A DNA stretch of 50,496 nt from Bacteroidales bacterium UBA1725 (GTDB taxonomy: Bacteria > Bacteroidota > Bacteroidia > Bacteroidales > UBA932), in assembly GCA_002315815.1 (NCBI GenBank), contig DCIN01000061.1, positions 1 to 50,496 of the forward strand, given 5' to 3'. Numbering within the stretch: the first letter of the stretch is position 1; every line of letters begins with the position of its first letter. A model generated the notes under the pieces. That model was not told the origin of the DNA, made no database searches, and saw nothing but the letters and a program-made list of their open reading frames with translations. Positions 41,504 to 50,496 of the stretch are shown piece after piece. The translations under genes were made by a program, and so were the position numbers.

Positions 41504-43762
41504 ATGAACAAAAGTTTAATTATCCCGGCACTTGCGATTCTTACCATCTGGAGCTGTTCCAGAGAACTGGATACCAAGGAGTCTGTGGAAGAATGTGTGG
41601 CAGAGTCCCTGTCAGAGCCTGAGTCCTGCCTTATAGAAGGCGAATTGCAGGTTGAATTTGATGATGAAACTATTTCCACAATAGAGTCTGAAGGACTGGA
41701 GGCAGTAATGGCCGGTATGTCCGATTTGGGCGTTTACAAGATGGAAAGACTCTTTCCTGATGCAGGTGAATTTGAGGCACGCCAGAGACTTGCCGGCCTC
41801 CATCGCTGGTATAAGGTTTATTATAGCAGGGAAGAGATGAGCGGGACTAAGGCCGCCGGAGAAGTCGGTTTGATGTTCCCCGGAGCAACAGTGGAAGTAC
41901 CGCGACGTATCAAACAGCTCTCCATTCCTTTCAATGACCTTTACAAGAATGAGCAGTGGAATTTGTACAATGACGGTTCCATCAGCGGATCCGTTCGTGG
42001 AGTCGATGTTAATGTGCTTCCGGTCTGGGAAATATCGGGAGGCTCTTCCGATGTGATAGTGAATGTTGTGGACGGCGGTGTTTCTCTTACACATCCCGAC
42101 CTCAGCGGCGTGGTGATTCCGGGAGGTCCGAATGGCAGCAAGAACTTCGTTGATGACAGTTATACCATTACATCCGATTTTCACGGGACTCACGTCGGAG
42201 GCATCATCGCTGCCAAGAACAACAACGGCACCGGTGTTTCAAGCATTGCCGGAGGCCTGAACGGAAATGGTGGAGTGAAGATACTCGTCAGCCAGATTTT
42301 TATGGACAATGATGAGGGTGAGGCTGAATCCGGCGGGGACGAGGCTCAGGCGATAGTCTGGGGAGCCAATCACGGTGCCCTTATCAGCCAGAACAGCTGG
42401 GCCTACACCTATAACAGTGAGAGGGAGGCAAAACAGGGTTACACCCCTAAATCTCTGAAGAATGCCATCGATTATTTCGTAACTTATGCCGGTTGTGACT
42501 CGAACGGAAATCAGACCGGTCTTATGAAGGGAGGTTTGGTGGTATTTGCAGCCGGCAACGAAAACTGGGCCTACGCCCATCCTTCTGACTATGAGCCTGT
42601 CATAGCTGTCGGCGCTATCGGTCCCTCCGGCAGGAAGGCTTCCTATTCCAATTACGGCCCCTGGGTGGATATCTGCGCTCCGGGAGGTGATTACAGCAGT
42701 TTTGGCAATAATTGGAGTGCAACTATTCTGTCCACGGCCTACGACAGCGATTATTATTATGCTCAAGGTACTTCGATGGCCTGTCCTCACGTCAGCGGGG
42801 TGGCCGCTTTGATGGTATCATTGTTCGGTGGCCAGGGATTCACCTGCGATGATCTCAAGGAGATGCTTCTGAAAGGTGCAAACAGCAATTATGGCGTATC
42901 CGAGAACATAGGGCCTATGCTGGATGCCGTCGGCGCGATGAATTCCTACAGCAAAGAGACTCCCCCCGTCATAAATTCTGATTACACTGGAAATTACATT
43001 GTCAGAGGCCACGAAATACTTGAGGTGAATTACACCGTATTCAGCAACAGCCCGTCTCTCAAGATTGAGGTGGACTGCGGCGCAGGTGCGCAGGCGACTG
43101 TCGGTGACAGGAGTCTCTCCATCCGATTCAATGATCGCAGCGGAAATCTGACAGGCAAATACACCGCCAGAATCAAAGTGGAGAGTCAGTCAGGTCTTAC
43201 TGCCGAAAAGACAATACAATACCAAATTCTGGAGAATCATCCTCCCGTTGTTACGGTCTTTGTCGGAGACAAGTTGCTGGAAAGCAAGTCCTCCATTATC
43301 AGGCTATATCCTGAAAAATATTTCTCAGATGTAGATGGCGGGGAAATTAATTATTCCTGGTCCACTGAAAAAGGTGACATCCTCAAGATAGCGTCAGGAA
43401 CAGGCAGCCTTTCGATACAGGCCCTAAAAGATGGTGTGGAAACGGTGACTCTCATAGCTACAGACCCTTGCGGTAAGAGTTGCAGCCAGTCTTTCCGGGT
43501 GGGCAGTTATGATGACAGCCAGTCCGGTCCGGCAGCTTATCCCAATCCCGTTGTGGACAAGCTGAATGTCTGTGCAGGCGGGAATAAAGAAACAGCCGTT
43601 TCCCTGTACTCATCCTCTGGTGTCCTGCTTGCCACTATTTCCGGCAAGTGCAGCATCATCAATCCTCTGGTGCTGGATATGAGCTCGTGTGCCCCGGGCA
43701 GATACAGAGCCGTAATCAATTGTAACGGTAAAGAATACAACAGAGATATCATCAAAAAGTAG
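41504..43762 (+). CDS. S8 subtilisin-like peptidase with lipobox and T9SS-type C-terminal domain
   Basis: Triad VVDGG, HGTHVGG, GTSMACPHVSG; AAGN; lipobox IWSC; C-terminal YPNPV...YSSSG...PGRY...IIKK. Confidence 0.92.
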   Translation: MNKSLIIPALAILTIWSCSRELDTKESVEECVAESLSEPESCLIEGELQVEFDDETISTIESEGLEAVMAGMSDLGVYKMERLFPDAGEFEARQRLAGLHRWYKVYYSREEMSGTKAAGEVGLMFPGATVEVPRRIKQLSIPFNDLYKNEQWNLYNDGSISGSVRGVDVNVLPVWEISGGSSDVIVNVVDGGVSLTHPDLSGVVIPGGPNGSKNFVDDSYTITSDFHGTHVGGIIAAKNNNGTGVSSIAGGLNGNGGVKILVSQIFMDNDEGEAESGGDEAQAIVWGANHGALISQNSWAYTYNSEREAKQGYTPKSLKNAIDYFVTYAGCDSNGNQTGLMKGGLVVFAAGNENWAYAHPSDYEPVIAVGAIGPSGRKASYSNYGPWVDICAPGGDYSSFGNNWSATILSTAYDSDYYYAQGTSMACPHVSGVAALMVSLFGGQGFTCDDLKEMLLKGANSNYGVSENIGPMLDAVGAMNSYSKETPPVINSDYTGNYIVRGHEILEVNYTVFSNSPSLKIEVDCGAGAQATVGDRSLSIRFNDRSGNLTGKYTARIKVESQSGLTAEKTIQYQILENHPPVVTVFVGDKLLESKSSIIRLYPEKYFSDVDGGEINYSWSTEKGDILKIASGTGSLSIQALKDGVETVTLIATDPCGKSCSQSFRVGSYDDSQSGPAAYPNPVVDKLNVCAGGNKETAVSLYSSSGVLLATISGKCSIINPLVLDMSSCAPGRYRAVINCNGKEYNRDIIKK

Positions 43763-43767
43763 AAGTT

Positions 43768-44622
43768 ATGCGAAGAAGAAGACTGTCAATAATATCGTTG
43801 CTTGCTTTCACTGCTTTGAATACGGCCGCCTATGGGCAGGTATCGTCCGTTGTCCTTCCATTTATGGAAATTGATCACAGTCCTGTGACTTCGGCTCTTG
43901 CCGGTGCTTCCCTGATTCGCTCCTGCGACGGTTCGGATGTGAGCGCATCGTATCAGATGTGGAAGCCGTCCACTACATCGTATTTCTCAGCCGCCGCCGA
44001 TGTGGCCATAGGCAAGTGTTTGCGTGTCAAGGCTGACGCAATATACGGTTCATCTCCTGCGATACAGCTGATTTCCGCACCCGGTGAGGATGCAAGAAGT
44101 TTCACTCCGTCCGATATGATGTTCGGGGCCGGTATGTCCTACTTGTTCAAGGAAAGATATTCGGTGGCGCTCAAAGTCAAATACGCATCATCCAGAATAG
44201 AGGAGACAAACACACTCGGGACGGTGGCTGCGGACTTATTGTTCAAGACAGGCTTCGGAGGATTCTCTGTGGCGGCCGGTGCAGTGAATCTCGGACCCAA
44301 GGCCGGTGGTTGTGCTATTGCGTCGGCTGCTGCTCTGGCTGTCTCTTATGACAACGGTTCCGATGCCATTCACAGGATACGTCCGGAAATAGACGGAAAA
44401 TATTATTTCTGCGGTGTTCCCGCCGTTTCAGCAGGTCTCGACTATTGTTTCAAAAACATAGTGTCAGTACGTGCAGGTTATCATTTCGGGGGATTGATTG
44501 CTAATCACGCTTCAGTAGGACTCGGCTTCAATATCAGAGGATTCCATCTGGATGCCTCCTGGCTTGTCAGCAAATCTACGCTTGGCAATACACTATGCTT
44601 CGGTATGGGTTATTCCTTCTGA
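43768..44622 (+). CDS. PorV/PorQ-like outer-membrane beta-barrel
   Basis: Signal peptide, PFMEIDHSPVTSALAGA, VAADL, VSVRAGYH, S.G.G, terminal GYSF. Confidence 0.65.
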   Translation: MRRRRLSIISLLAFTALNTAAYGQVSSVVLPFMEIDHSPVTSALAGASLIRSCDGSDVSASYQMWKPSTTSYFSAAADVAIGKCLRVKADAIYGSSPAIQLISAPGEDARSFTPSDMMFGAGMSYLFKERYSVALKVKYASSRIEETNTLGTVAADLLFKTGFGGFSVAAGAVNLGPKAGGCAIASAAALAVSYDNGSDAIHRIRPEIDGKYYFCGVPAVSAGLDYCFKNIVSVRAGYHFGGLIANHASVGLGFNIRGFHLDASWLVSKSTLGNTLCFGMGYSF

Positions 44623-44630
44623 GAAAAAAC

Positions 44631-45068
44631 TCAGAAAGCACCGATAACAAGATTCCATACAGCAAATCTGGCGGCTTTGCCCGCCAGTAGCAGAATCGTT
44701 GTAGGAACTGGTCTTGTGCGGAAGAACCCCAAGGCGATACAGAAAACATCACCGATGAAAGGCACCCAGGCTATGAGTGCCAGCCATACCCCGTACTTGT
44801 CCACAAAACTCCGGCACGAAATAAGTTTCTCGTGCTTGACGTGGAACCATTTCTCTATCCATTCAATCTTTCCGAGCCGGCCCATCCAGTAGGTCAGTAC
44901 GCTGCCGAGCCAGTTGCCCAGGGTTCCTGAAATCAGACATCCCACAGGGTCTCCTGTAGATGCCAGAATGGCCATATACAGAATATCTGAACTGAACGGC
45001 AGTATAGTGGCGGCCAGAAAAGACCCGATGAAGAGCCCCAGCAGCCCCAGTGTCTCAAGAGAAAGCAT
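44631..45068 (-). CDS. YqaA/DedA (VTT domain) membrane protein
   Basis: SFLAATILPFSSD, GNWLGS...YWMGR, WVPFIGD, GKAARF. Start placed at MLSLET. Confidence 0.88.
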   Translation of the reverse strand: MLSLETLGLLGLFIGSFLAATILPFSSDILYMAILASTGDPVGCLISGTLGNWLGSVLTYWMGRLGKIEWIEKWFHVKHEKLISCRSFVDKYGVWLALIAWVPFIGDVFCIALGFFRTRPVPTTILLLAGKAARFAVWNLVIGAF

Positions 45069-45188
45069 AAGGTGATAATGTCTCCGGCAAAGATATGCAT
45101 TTTTCATAGACAGTTTTTTTTGAGATTCACTTATCTCCGGTTTTGTGCTGTTGCGGATAATACTGAATGAATTATCTTTGTATGGACA

Positions 45189-47996
45189 ATGGATAATATC
45201 GGACTTGACAGGCAAAGAATGCATTCTCCGGAGTATCGGAGCCTCCTTGATTTCGAAGGGAGGCTTGGGGAATTGTTGGATGAGGACAGATATCTTTCCA
45301 GGAGTGATTACAAGAAGCTGATAACGGAGTTTGCAGGTACTTATACCTTTTTCGATGCTCTCCGGACGTCAGGGATGCTTGGCGAATACGGTGACAGAAA
45401 CGGGATGAACCGTTGTGTCGCCGACGATTTCTTGAGCAACTATGAGGATATCCGGAATCTGCGGGAGGGGTCGGACCGTATCAGACGTCATAATGAGGAG
45501 TTTGTTTCAAGGCATCTGATATCCGAAAGAGAATATCTGGACGGCATACTCAAATCGGTCGATCCGGGTATTTCGTTGGATGATGAACAGAGAAAAGTCA
45601 TTCTTACGGACGAAGACTATATGCTGGTCGTCGCTGGAGCAGGTGCCGGAAAAACCACTACCGTTTCGGCGAAGGTGAAGTATCTTGTAGATGTCAAAAA
45701 TGTCAGTCCGAACCAGATTCTGGTCATTTCCTTTACGAACAAGGCAGTTGACGAGCTTCAGAACAGAATCAACAAGGCATTGGGAATCAATTGTCCCGTT
45801 ACCACCTTTCACAAGACGGGCTACGCAATCCTACGGAAGCAGGATTCCGAAAAGCGAAAGATTGTGGATGGAGGTTTTATGTATGACGTTGTGAACAAGT
45901 ACCTTAAAAGTGATGTTCTGCGTAATCCGGAAATGATTGAGAAACTCATTCTTTTCTTTGGCACTTACTTTGACGCTCCGTATGAGGGTGATGACCTCAA
46001 TGCATTCTTCAATTATCTTTCCAAGGCGGATTTCTCTTCGATGAGAAGCAATATGAATGAATATGTTGAAATCATCACGAACAAGCGGACAGGCAAGTCA
46101 ATCACCATAAACTATGAGTCGTTGAGGTCATCGGAGGAGGCAATGATTGCCAATTTTCTCTATCTTAACAAAATCGACTACGAATACGAGAAACAGTATC
46201 CTTTCGCTTTCAAGAATTCCCGCCGTGCATACACTCCGGATTTCACCATTACACAGAACGGGCGGACTGTTTATCTGGAGCATTTCGGCATAACTGAGGC
46301 CGGGACAAATTCCAGATACACTGATGCGGAGATTGTCAGGTACAAGAATGAAGTGAACGACAAAATCAAGTTCCATCATAAGCACGGAACAGAACTGATA
46401 TATACTTTTTCTCAGTATAATGACGGAAGAAGCCTTCTGGACCATCTGGAAGAGGAATTGTGCCGGCACGGGATAATAATGATTCCCAGACCTCCGCAGG
46501 AAGTCTATGAAAAAATTGTCACGACCGAAGAGAACAAGTATATTCTGAAACTTGTCCGTCTTGTCTGTACGTTCATAACGAATTTCAAAACCAACGGTTT
46601 CGGTGAGGACAAATTCCGTCAGTTCGAACGAAAAACGAAAAATGTCCGTACCCGTCTTTTCCTTGATGTGTGTCATCAGTGCTACCTCGAATACAGCAAG
46701 TGTCTGAAGGCGCAAGGAGCAATAGATTTTGAGGATATGATAAATGATTCGGCGAAGGTTCTTCAGGAACAGGCCGAGATGAGCAGAAAGCTTGATTTCA
46801 AGTATATCATCATCGACGAGTATCAGGATATCTCCAGACAGCGCTTTGACCTTGCCAGAGCATTGTCCACGATTTGTGATGCAAAAATCATTGCTGTCGG
46901 CGATGACTGGCAGTCAATTTACGCATACGCCGGTTCTGACATCACCCTTTTTACCCACTTCTCTGACATAATGGGATATGGAGAAGAGCTCAAGATTACA
47001 AAAACTTACCGTAATTCTCAAGAAATCATCGACATAGCCGGTAGTTTCGTTCAGAAGAACGCATCTCAGCTGCGCAAATCTCTTATCAGTCCGAAGCGCA
47101 TTCAGAAGCCCATCATTATCGAGGCGTATTCAGAGGAGAGGAAAGAAGGGACTGAAAAGAAGGGAGGAAAGTTCCTTCTTCTTGGACAGGCGGTGGAAAG
47201 AGTCATCGGTCAGATTATTGAGGCCGGCAAGTTGGAAGGGATGCCCGCGGATTCTCCAATTCTTCTCATCGGAAGATATGGTTTCGATGCTTACAACTTA
47301 TGCAGGAGTGAGTTGTTCCAATATGACGAAAAGTCCGGCAATGTGCGGTCACGGACCTTCCCGCGTGCCCGGATTGTGTTTTTGACGGCCCACCGGTCCA
47401 AAGGTCTGGGTTATGACAATGTCATCATCGTCAATGCATTGAATGGAGTATACGGTTTCCCTTCGAAAATCGATGACGATCCGATAATGAAACTGGTCGT
47501 CCACGAAGACCGTTCTGTTGAATATGCGGAAGAGCGGCGGTTGTTTTATGTCGCGATGACAAGGACGAAGAACCGGGTGTATATTGTGGTACCTGAGCAG
47601 AGACCTTCAAGATTTGTCGCTGAACTCGTGCAGGATTATTCGAACATTTGTGTCAACGGTGCACTGAATATAGACAAGAAGGACGCTCCTGATATCACTA
47701 TGATAAAACGTTGCCCTGTATGCGGGTATCCTCTGCAATACCGTTACAAGAAGGGTTTCGGACTGAAACTCTGGATATGTACGAATGAGCCGGAATTATG
47801 CGGTTTCCTGACCAATGACCTGCGTGGTGGCATCCTTTCCATTTTGAAATGCACAGACTGCAAGAATGGTTATCTGATAGTCAAACCCAGCAAGGATGGG
47901 CCGTTCCTGGGCTGCACTAACTATTCAAATGACGAAAATGGATGTCGTGGTACTATGTCTGAGAGCATTTATCGGAATCTTTTTGAGATTCACTGA
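45189..47996 (+). CDS. UvrD/helicase IV-like SF1 helicase with PD-(D/E)xK-like insert and C-terminal Zn ribbons
   Basis: AGAGAGKTT, IIIDEYQD, VGDDWQSIY, TAHRSKGL, EERRLFYVAMTR; insert RSSEEAMIANFL...PDF...YLEHFG; CPVC/CTDC ribbons. Confidence 0.88.
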   Translation: MDNIGLDRQRMHSPEYRSLLDFEGRLGELLDEDRYLSRSDYKKLITEFAGTYTFFDALRTSGMLGEYGDRNGMNRCVADDFLSNYEDIRNLREGSDRIRRHNEEFVSRHLISEREYLDGILKSVDPGISLDDEQRKVILTDEDYMLVVAGAGAGKTTTVSAKVKYLVDVKNVSPNQILVISFTNKAVDELQNRINKALGINCPVTTFHKTGYAILRKQDSEKRKIVDGGFMYDVVNKYLKSDVLRNPEMIEKLILFFGTYFDAPYEGDDLNAFFNYLSKADFSSMRSNMNEYVEIITNKRTGKSITINYESLRSSEEAMIANFLYLNKIDYEYEKQYPFAFKNSRRAYTPDFTITQNGRTVYLEHFGITEAGTNSRYTDAEIVRYKNEVNDKIKFHHKHGTELIYTFSQYNDGRSLLDHLEEELCRHGIIMIPRPPQEVYEKIVTTEENKYILKLVRLVCTFITNFKTNGFGEDKFRQFERKTKNVRTRLFLDVCHQCYLEYSKCLKAQGAIDFEDMINDSAKVLQEQAEMSRKLDFKYIIIDEYQDISRQRFDLARALSTICDAKIIAVGDDWQSIYAYAGSDITLFTHFSDIMGYGEELKITKTYRNSQEIIDIAGSFVQKNASQLRKSLISPKRIQKPIIIEAYSEERKEGTEKKGGKFLLLGQAVERVIGQIIEAGKLEGMPADSPILLIGRYGFDAYNLCRSELFQYDEKSGNVRSRTFPRARIVFLTAHRSKGLGYDNVIIVNALNGVYGFPSKIDDDPIMKLVVHEDRSVEYAEERRLFYVAMTRTKNRVYIVVPEQRPSRFVAELVQDYSNICVNGALNIDKKDAPDITMIKRCPVCGYPLQYRYKKGFGLKLWICTNEPELCGFLTNDLRGGILSILKCTDCKNGYLIVKPSKDGPFLGCTNYSNDENGCRGTMSESIYRNLFEIH

Positions 47997-48005
47997 ATCA
48001 AAGTA

Positions 48006-48057
48006 TGAAATGAAAGCTTGAAATGAAAGCCTGAAATGAAAGCCTGAAATGAAAGTA
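48006..48057 (+). repeat. 13-bp tandem repeat x4 containing the malQ start codon
   Basis: TGAAATGAAAGCT TGAAATGAAAGCC TGAAATGAAAGCC TGAAATGAAAGTA. Confidence 0.88.
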
Positions 48058-49932
48058 ACATTGACTATCGAATACCATACAGTCTGGGGAGAAAGCCTCA
48101 CCCTCGTAGCAAAGGACAAAAAATACCCGATGTCTTGGAAAGGCAACGGAAAATGGACCGTATCCATTCTGAACTGCACTGCAAAGATGCTGTCAGACTA
48201 CACGTATGTGGTGGTCAAGGACGGTCTAGTCTGGCGCACCGAATGGAAGCACCACAGTTCGAAACCTGCAAAGGAAATCAACGATGCGTGGATAGACTGT
48301 CCTATCGCAGGATGTCCGTTTCCTCGTGAACACTCTGCAACAATCTTCGACCGTCCGGGCTTCAGGGGTGCGGGAACAGCCATTCCAATTTTCTCGTTGC
48401 GAACAGGCAATGATTTCGGTATCGGTGAATTCCGTGACCTGCATCCCCTGGTGGACTGGGTGGCTGCATCTGGTCAGTGCATAATCCAGCTTCTGCCTGT
48501 CAATGACACCACCCGCAAGGGAACTTGGACAGATTCATACCCGTACAGTCCTGTCAGCAGTTTTGCTCTTCATCCGCTTTACATTCATCTTCAGGACCTT
48601 GGCATAGAGGAAGATGAAGACTTCAAGAAAACCCGGAAGCAACTGAACGAATTGCCGGAGCTGGATTATCCGGCAGTATTCAAGGCCAAGATGGCTTATA
48701 TCCGCAAGGCTTTCGAGGCAAGGGGAGCAGTCGATCTTGCTTCCAGTGGATTCAGGAAATTCTACAAGAACAATAGTTATTGGCTCAAAGAGTACTGTGA
48801 ATTCTGTGCAAAAAGAGATAATCTGGAATCAGAATACTATGCTTGGACGCAATACCACCTGGACAAGCAGCTCAGCGAAGAAGTAGTATATGCGCATAGC
48901 AAGAACGTTTTTCTCAAAGGAGATCTCCCAATAGGTGTAAGTGCGGACAGCGCCGAAGCATACTGGCATCCTCAACTGTTCAATCTTGACTCTTCTGCCG
49001 GAGCACCGCCTGATTTCTTCAGCAAGGACGGCCAGAACTGGGGATTCCCGACTTACAATTGGGACGAGATGGCAAAGGACGATTATGCCTGGTGGAAAGC
49101 ACGTCTGCGCAAGATGGCAGAGTATTTCGATGCCTTCAGAATCGATCATATACTCGGGTTCTTCCGTATTTGGGAGATTCCTGTGGAATGCAAGAGCGGG
49201 GTTGAAGGTCATTTCAACCCTGCAATGCCATATTCTGCAGAAGAAATCCGGAACTATGGTCTTCCTGTCGAAGGTCTTTTTCACGAAGATCCGCGCCATC
49301 CGGGAATGTACCAGCCTTGCATCACCCCTGATTCACAGAATCTTGAAGGGTGGCAGAAAGAAAGGTTCGGAGCGATGTACAACGATTTCTTCTTCCACCG
49401 TCACGATGAGTTCTGGAGAAGAAAAGCGGAGGAAAAACTCCCCGAAATTCTCTCCGCTACCGGTATGCTTGCCTGTGGCGAGGACCTTGGAATGGTACCC
49501 GACTGCGTTCCCGGCGTGATGGACCACGAGAAGATTCTTTCCCTGAAAATGCGTGGAATGGAGAAAGAAGGCGAGTGGAAAGAACTCAGTGTCTGCGCCA
49601 CATCAAGCCACGATATGCCTACGATAAGAATGCAATGCGAGAATGATCCTCACCCCGGGGAATGTAAATTGATTATCAAAGAATTCCTGAATTCTCCTTC
49701 GATGCTGGCGGTTTTCCCTCTTCAGGACTGGTTATCACTCGACAATAATTTCAGAAGGACGGACAGGGGTAGCGAAAGGATAAATGAACCGGCTGATCCT
49801 CATCACCACTGGAGATATCGTGTTCACTTCGACCTGTTTCAACTCACCAAGACAGAGGGTTCCAATTTTGCCAGTGCGGTTGAAGTCCTCCTGAAGGAAT
49901 CAGGACGAAGTCTCGACGGTCACTCTGTTTAA
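48049..49932 (+). CDS. malQ: 4-alpha-glucanotransferase (GH77) with CBM20-like N-terminus
   Basis: IPIFSLR, QLLPVND, SYPYS, KGDLPIGV, GAPPD.F...GQNWGFP.Y, RIDHILGFFR, EDLG, SSHD, RINEP. Confidence 0.93.
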   Translation: MKVTLTIEYHTVWGESLTLVAKDKKYPMSWKGNGKWTVSILNCTAKMLSDYTYVVVKDGLVWRTEWKHHSSKPAKEINDAWIDCPIAGCPFPREHSATIFDRPGFRGAGTAIPIFSLRTGNDFGIGEFRDLHPLVDWVAASGQCIIQLLPVNDTTRKGTWTDSYPYSPVSSFALHPLYIHLQDLGIEEDEDFKKTRKQLNELPELDYPAVFKAKMAYIRKAFEARGAVDLASSGFRKFYKNNSYWLKEYCEFCAKRDNLESEYYAWTQYHLDKQLSEEVVYAHSKNVFLKGDLPIGVSADSAEAYWHPQLFNLDSSAGAPPDFFSKDGQNWGFPTYNWDEMAKDDYAWWKARLRKMAEYFDAFRIDHILGFFRIWEIPVECKSGVEGHFNPAMPYSAEEIRNYGLPVEGLFHEDPRHPGMYQPCITPDSQNLEGWQKERFGAMYNDFFFHRHDEFWRRKAEEKLPEILSATGMLACGEDLGMVPDCVPGVMDHEKILSLKMRGMEKEGEWKELSVCATSSHDMPTIRMQCENDPHPGECKLIIKEFLNSPSMLAVFPLQDWLSLDNNFRRTDRGSERINEPADPHHHWRYRVHFDLFQLTKTEGSNFASAVEVLLKESGRSLDGHSV

Positions 49933-49948
49933 AGTGACTCCTACAGGA
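49932..49948 (-). other. att-like core resembling a tRNA 3' end (TCCTGTAGGAGTCACTT on minus strand)
   Basis: Abuts the malQ stop, lies about 160 bp upstream of the integrase-like ORF, and is an inverted near-copy of 576-592. Confidence 0.65.
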
Positions 49949-50110
49949 AACACACCATACAAGCTCTTGCAATTTCAAAATTATATAATATCTTTGTATA
50001 TCAGTTAGTTGCGTTTGTGAATTCTTTTAGGATTTCTTCGAAATTGCAACAAATTGCAAATCGGTGGTACGGAAAACGCCTTTGCGTACCACGGAAAACA
50101 AAGGTAAAAA

Positions 50111-50496
50111 ATGGAGAAGATTTCGTTCAATAATAATGCTTCTGACAAGAAGAAGTTGGTCAGGCTGCGCTATCGTTTGAGAGATGGCAGATCTGTTCAG
50201 ATATGTCACACTTCTGACATCAAAGCTGAAGTATCTGATCTTGAAAAGTTCGAACCTACCGGAATTCCAAAGGGCAGAATCTCGGTGTATAATGCACAAT
50301 TATCTGCTGATCTGAAAAGGGAGTACGATGCGATGAAATCGGCCTATGCCCTGATGTGCGACCAGGGATTGGATATCACCACGGATGTTTTTGAACGCGA
50401 GATTGCCAATATCCTGAATCCTATTGAGAAGGTACGCAATGACAATCCTGGCGTTGTGGCACGTTTCCGTAAATATGCCAATGACGCAGCCCGCAC
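50111..50496 (+). CDS. Probable site-specific tyrosine integrase, N-terminal part (runs off window)
   Basis: Open frame absent from the ORF track: MEKISFNNNASDKKKLVRLRYRLRDGRSVQICHTSDI..., similar to the arm-binding N-terminus of Bacteroidetes integrases. Promoter element TATCTTTG at 49989-49996. The catalytic domain is not visible. Confidence 0.65.
   Translation, partial: MEKISFNNNASDKKKLVRLRYRLRDGRSVQICHTSDIKAEVSDLEKFEPTGIPKGRISVYNAQLSADLKREYDAMKSAYALMCDQGLDITTDVFEREIANILNPIEKVRNDNPGVVARFRKYANDAAR

Noticed and set aside
50027-50299. 90-aa minus-strand ORF
   Set aside because: It is antisense to the better-supported integrase-like frame starting at 50111.

Overview
This 50.5-kb window is from a Bacteroidales chromosome, judged by three SusC/SusD pairs, TAnnTTTG promoters and a Bacteroidetes-order atp operon. 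Mobile-element debris bounds it at both ends. The left end holds an internally deleted IS630, a tRNA-3'-end-like att core with a terminator, and an AT-rich Abi-like HEPN gene. That gene sits back-to-back with a canonical promoter that points at a short structured hairpin rather than a gene, a candidate RNA antitoxin. The core carries an Na+/alanine-glycine symporter, a GH106-like hydrolase, a PL4 rhamnogalacturonan lyase, the NifU-like/GGGtGRT pair, an isolated SusC/D, a TrmH methyltransferase, two OMP beta-barrels, a C-GCAxxG-C-C protein and atpDCBEFHAG. It continues with about 20 kb of peptidase-rich genes: S41; SusC/D with a zinc metallopeptidase, DUF4302 and a BACON protein; a BT2261-2264-like unit; and an S8 peptidase with a PorV-like barrel. 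Then follow YqaA, a UvrD helicase with a nuclease-like insert, and malQ. The right end has a second, inverted copy of the att core (16/17 identical) followed by the start of a probable tyrosine integrase. All family assignments come from motif recognition by eye; no database searches were run.
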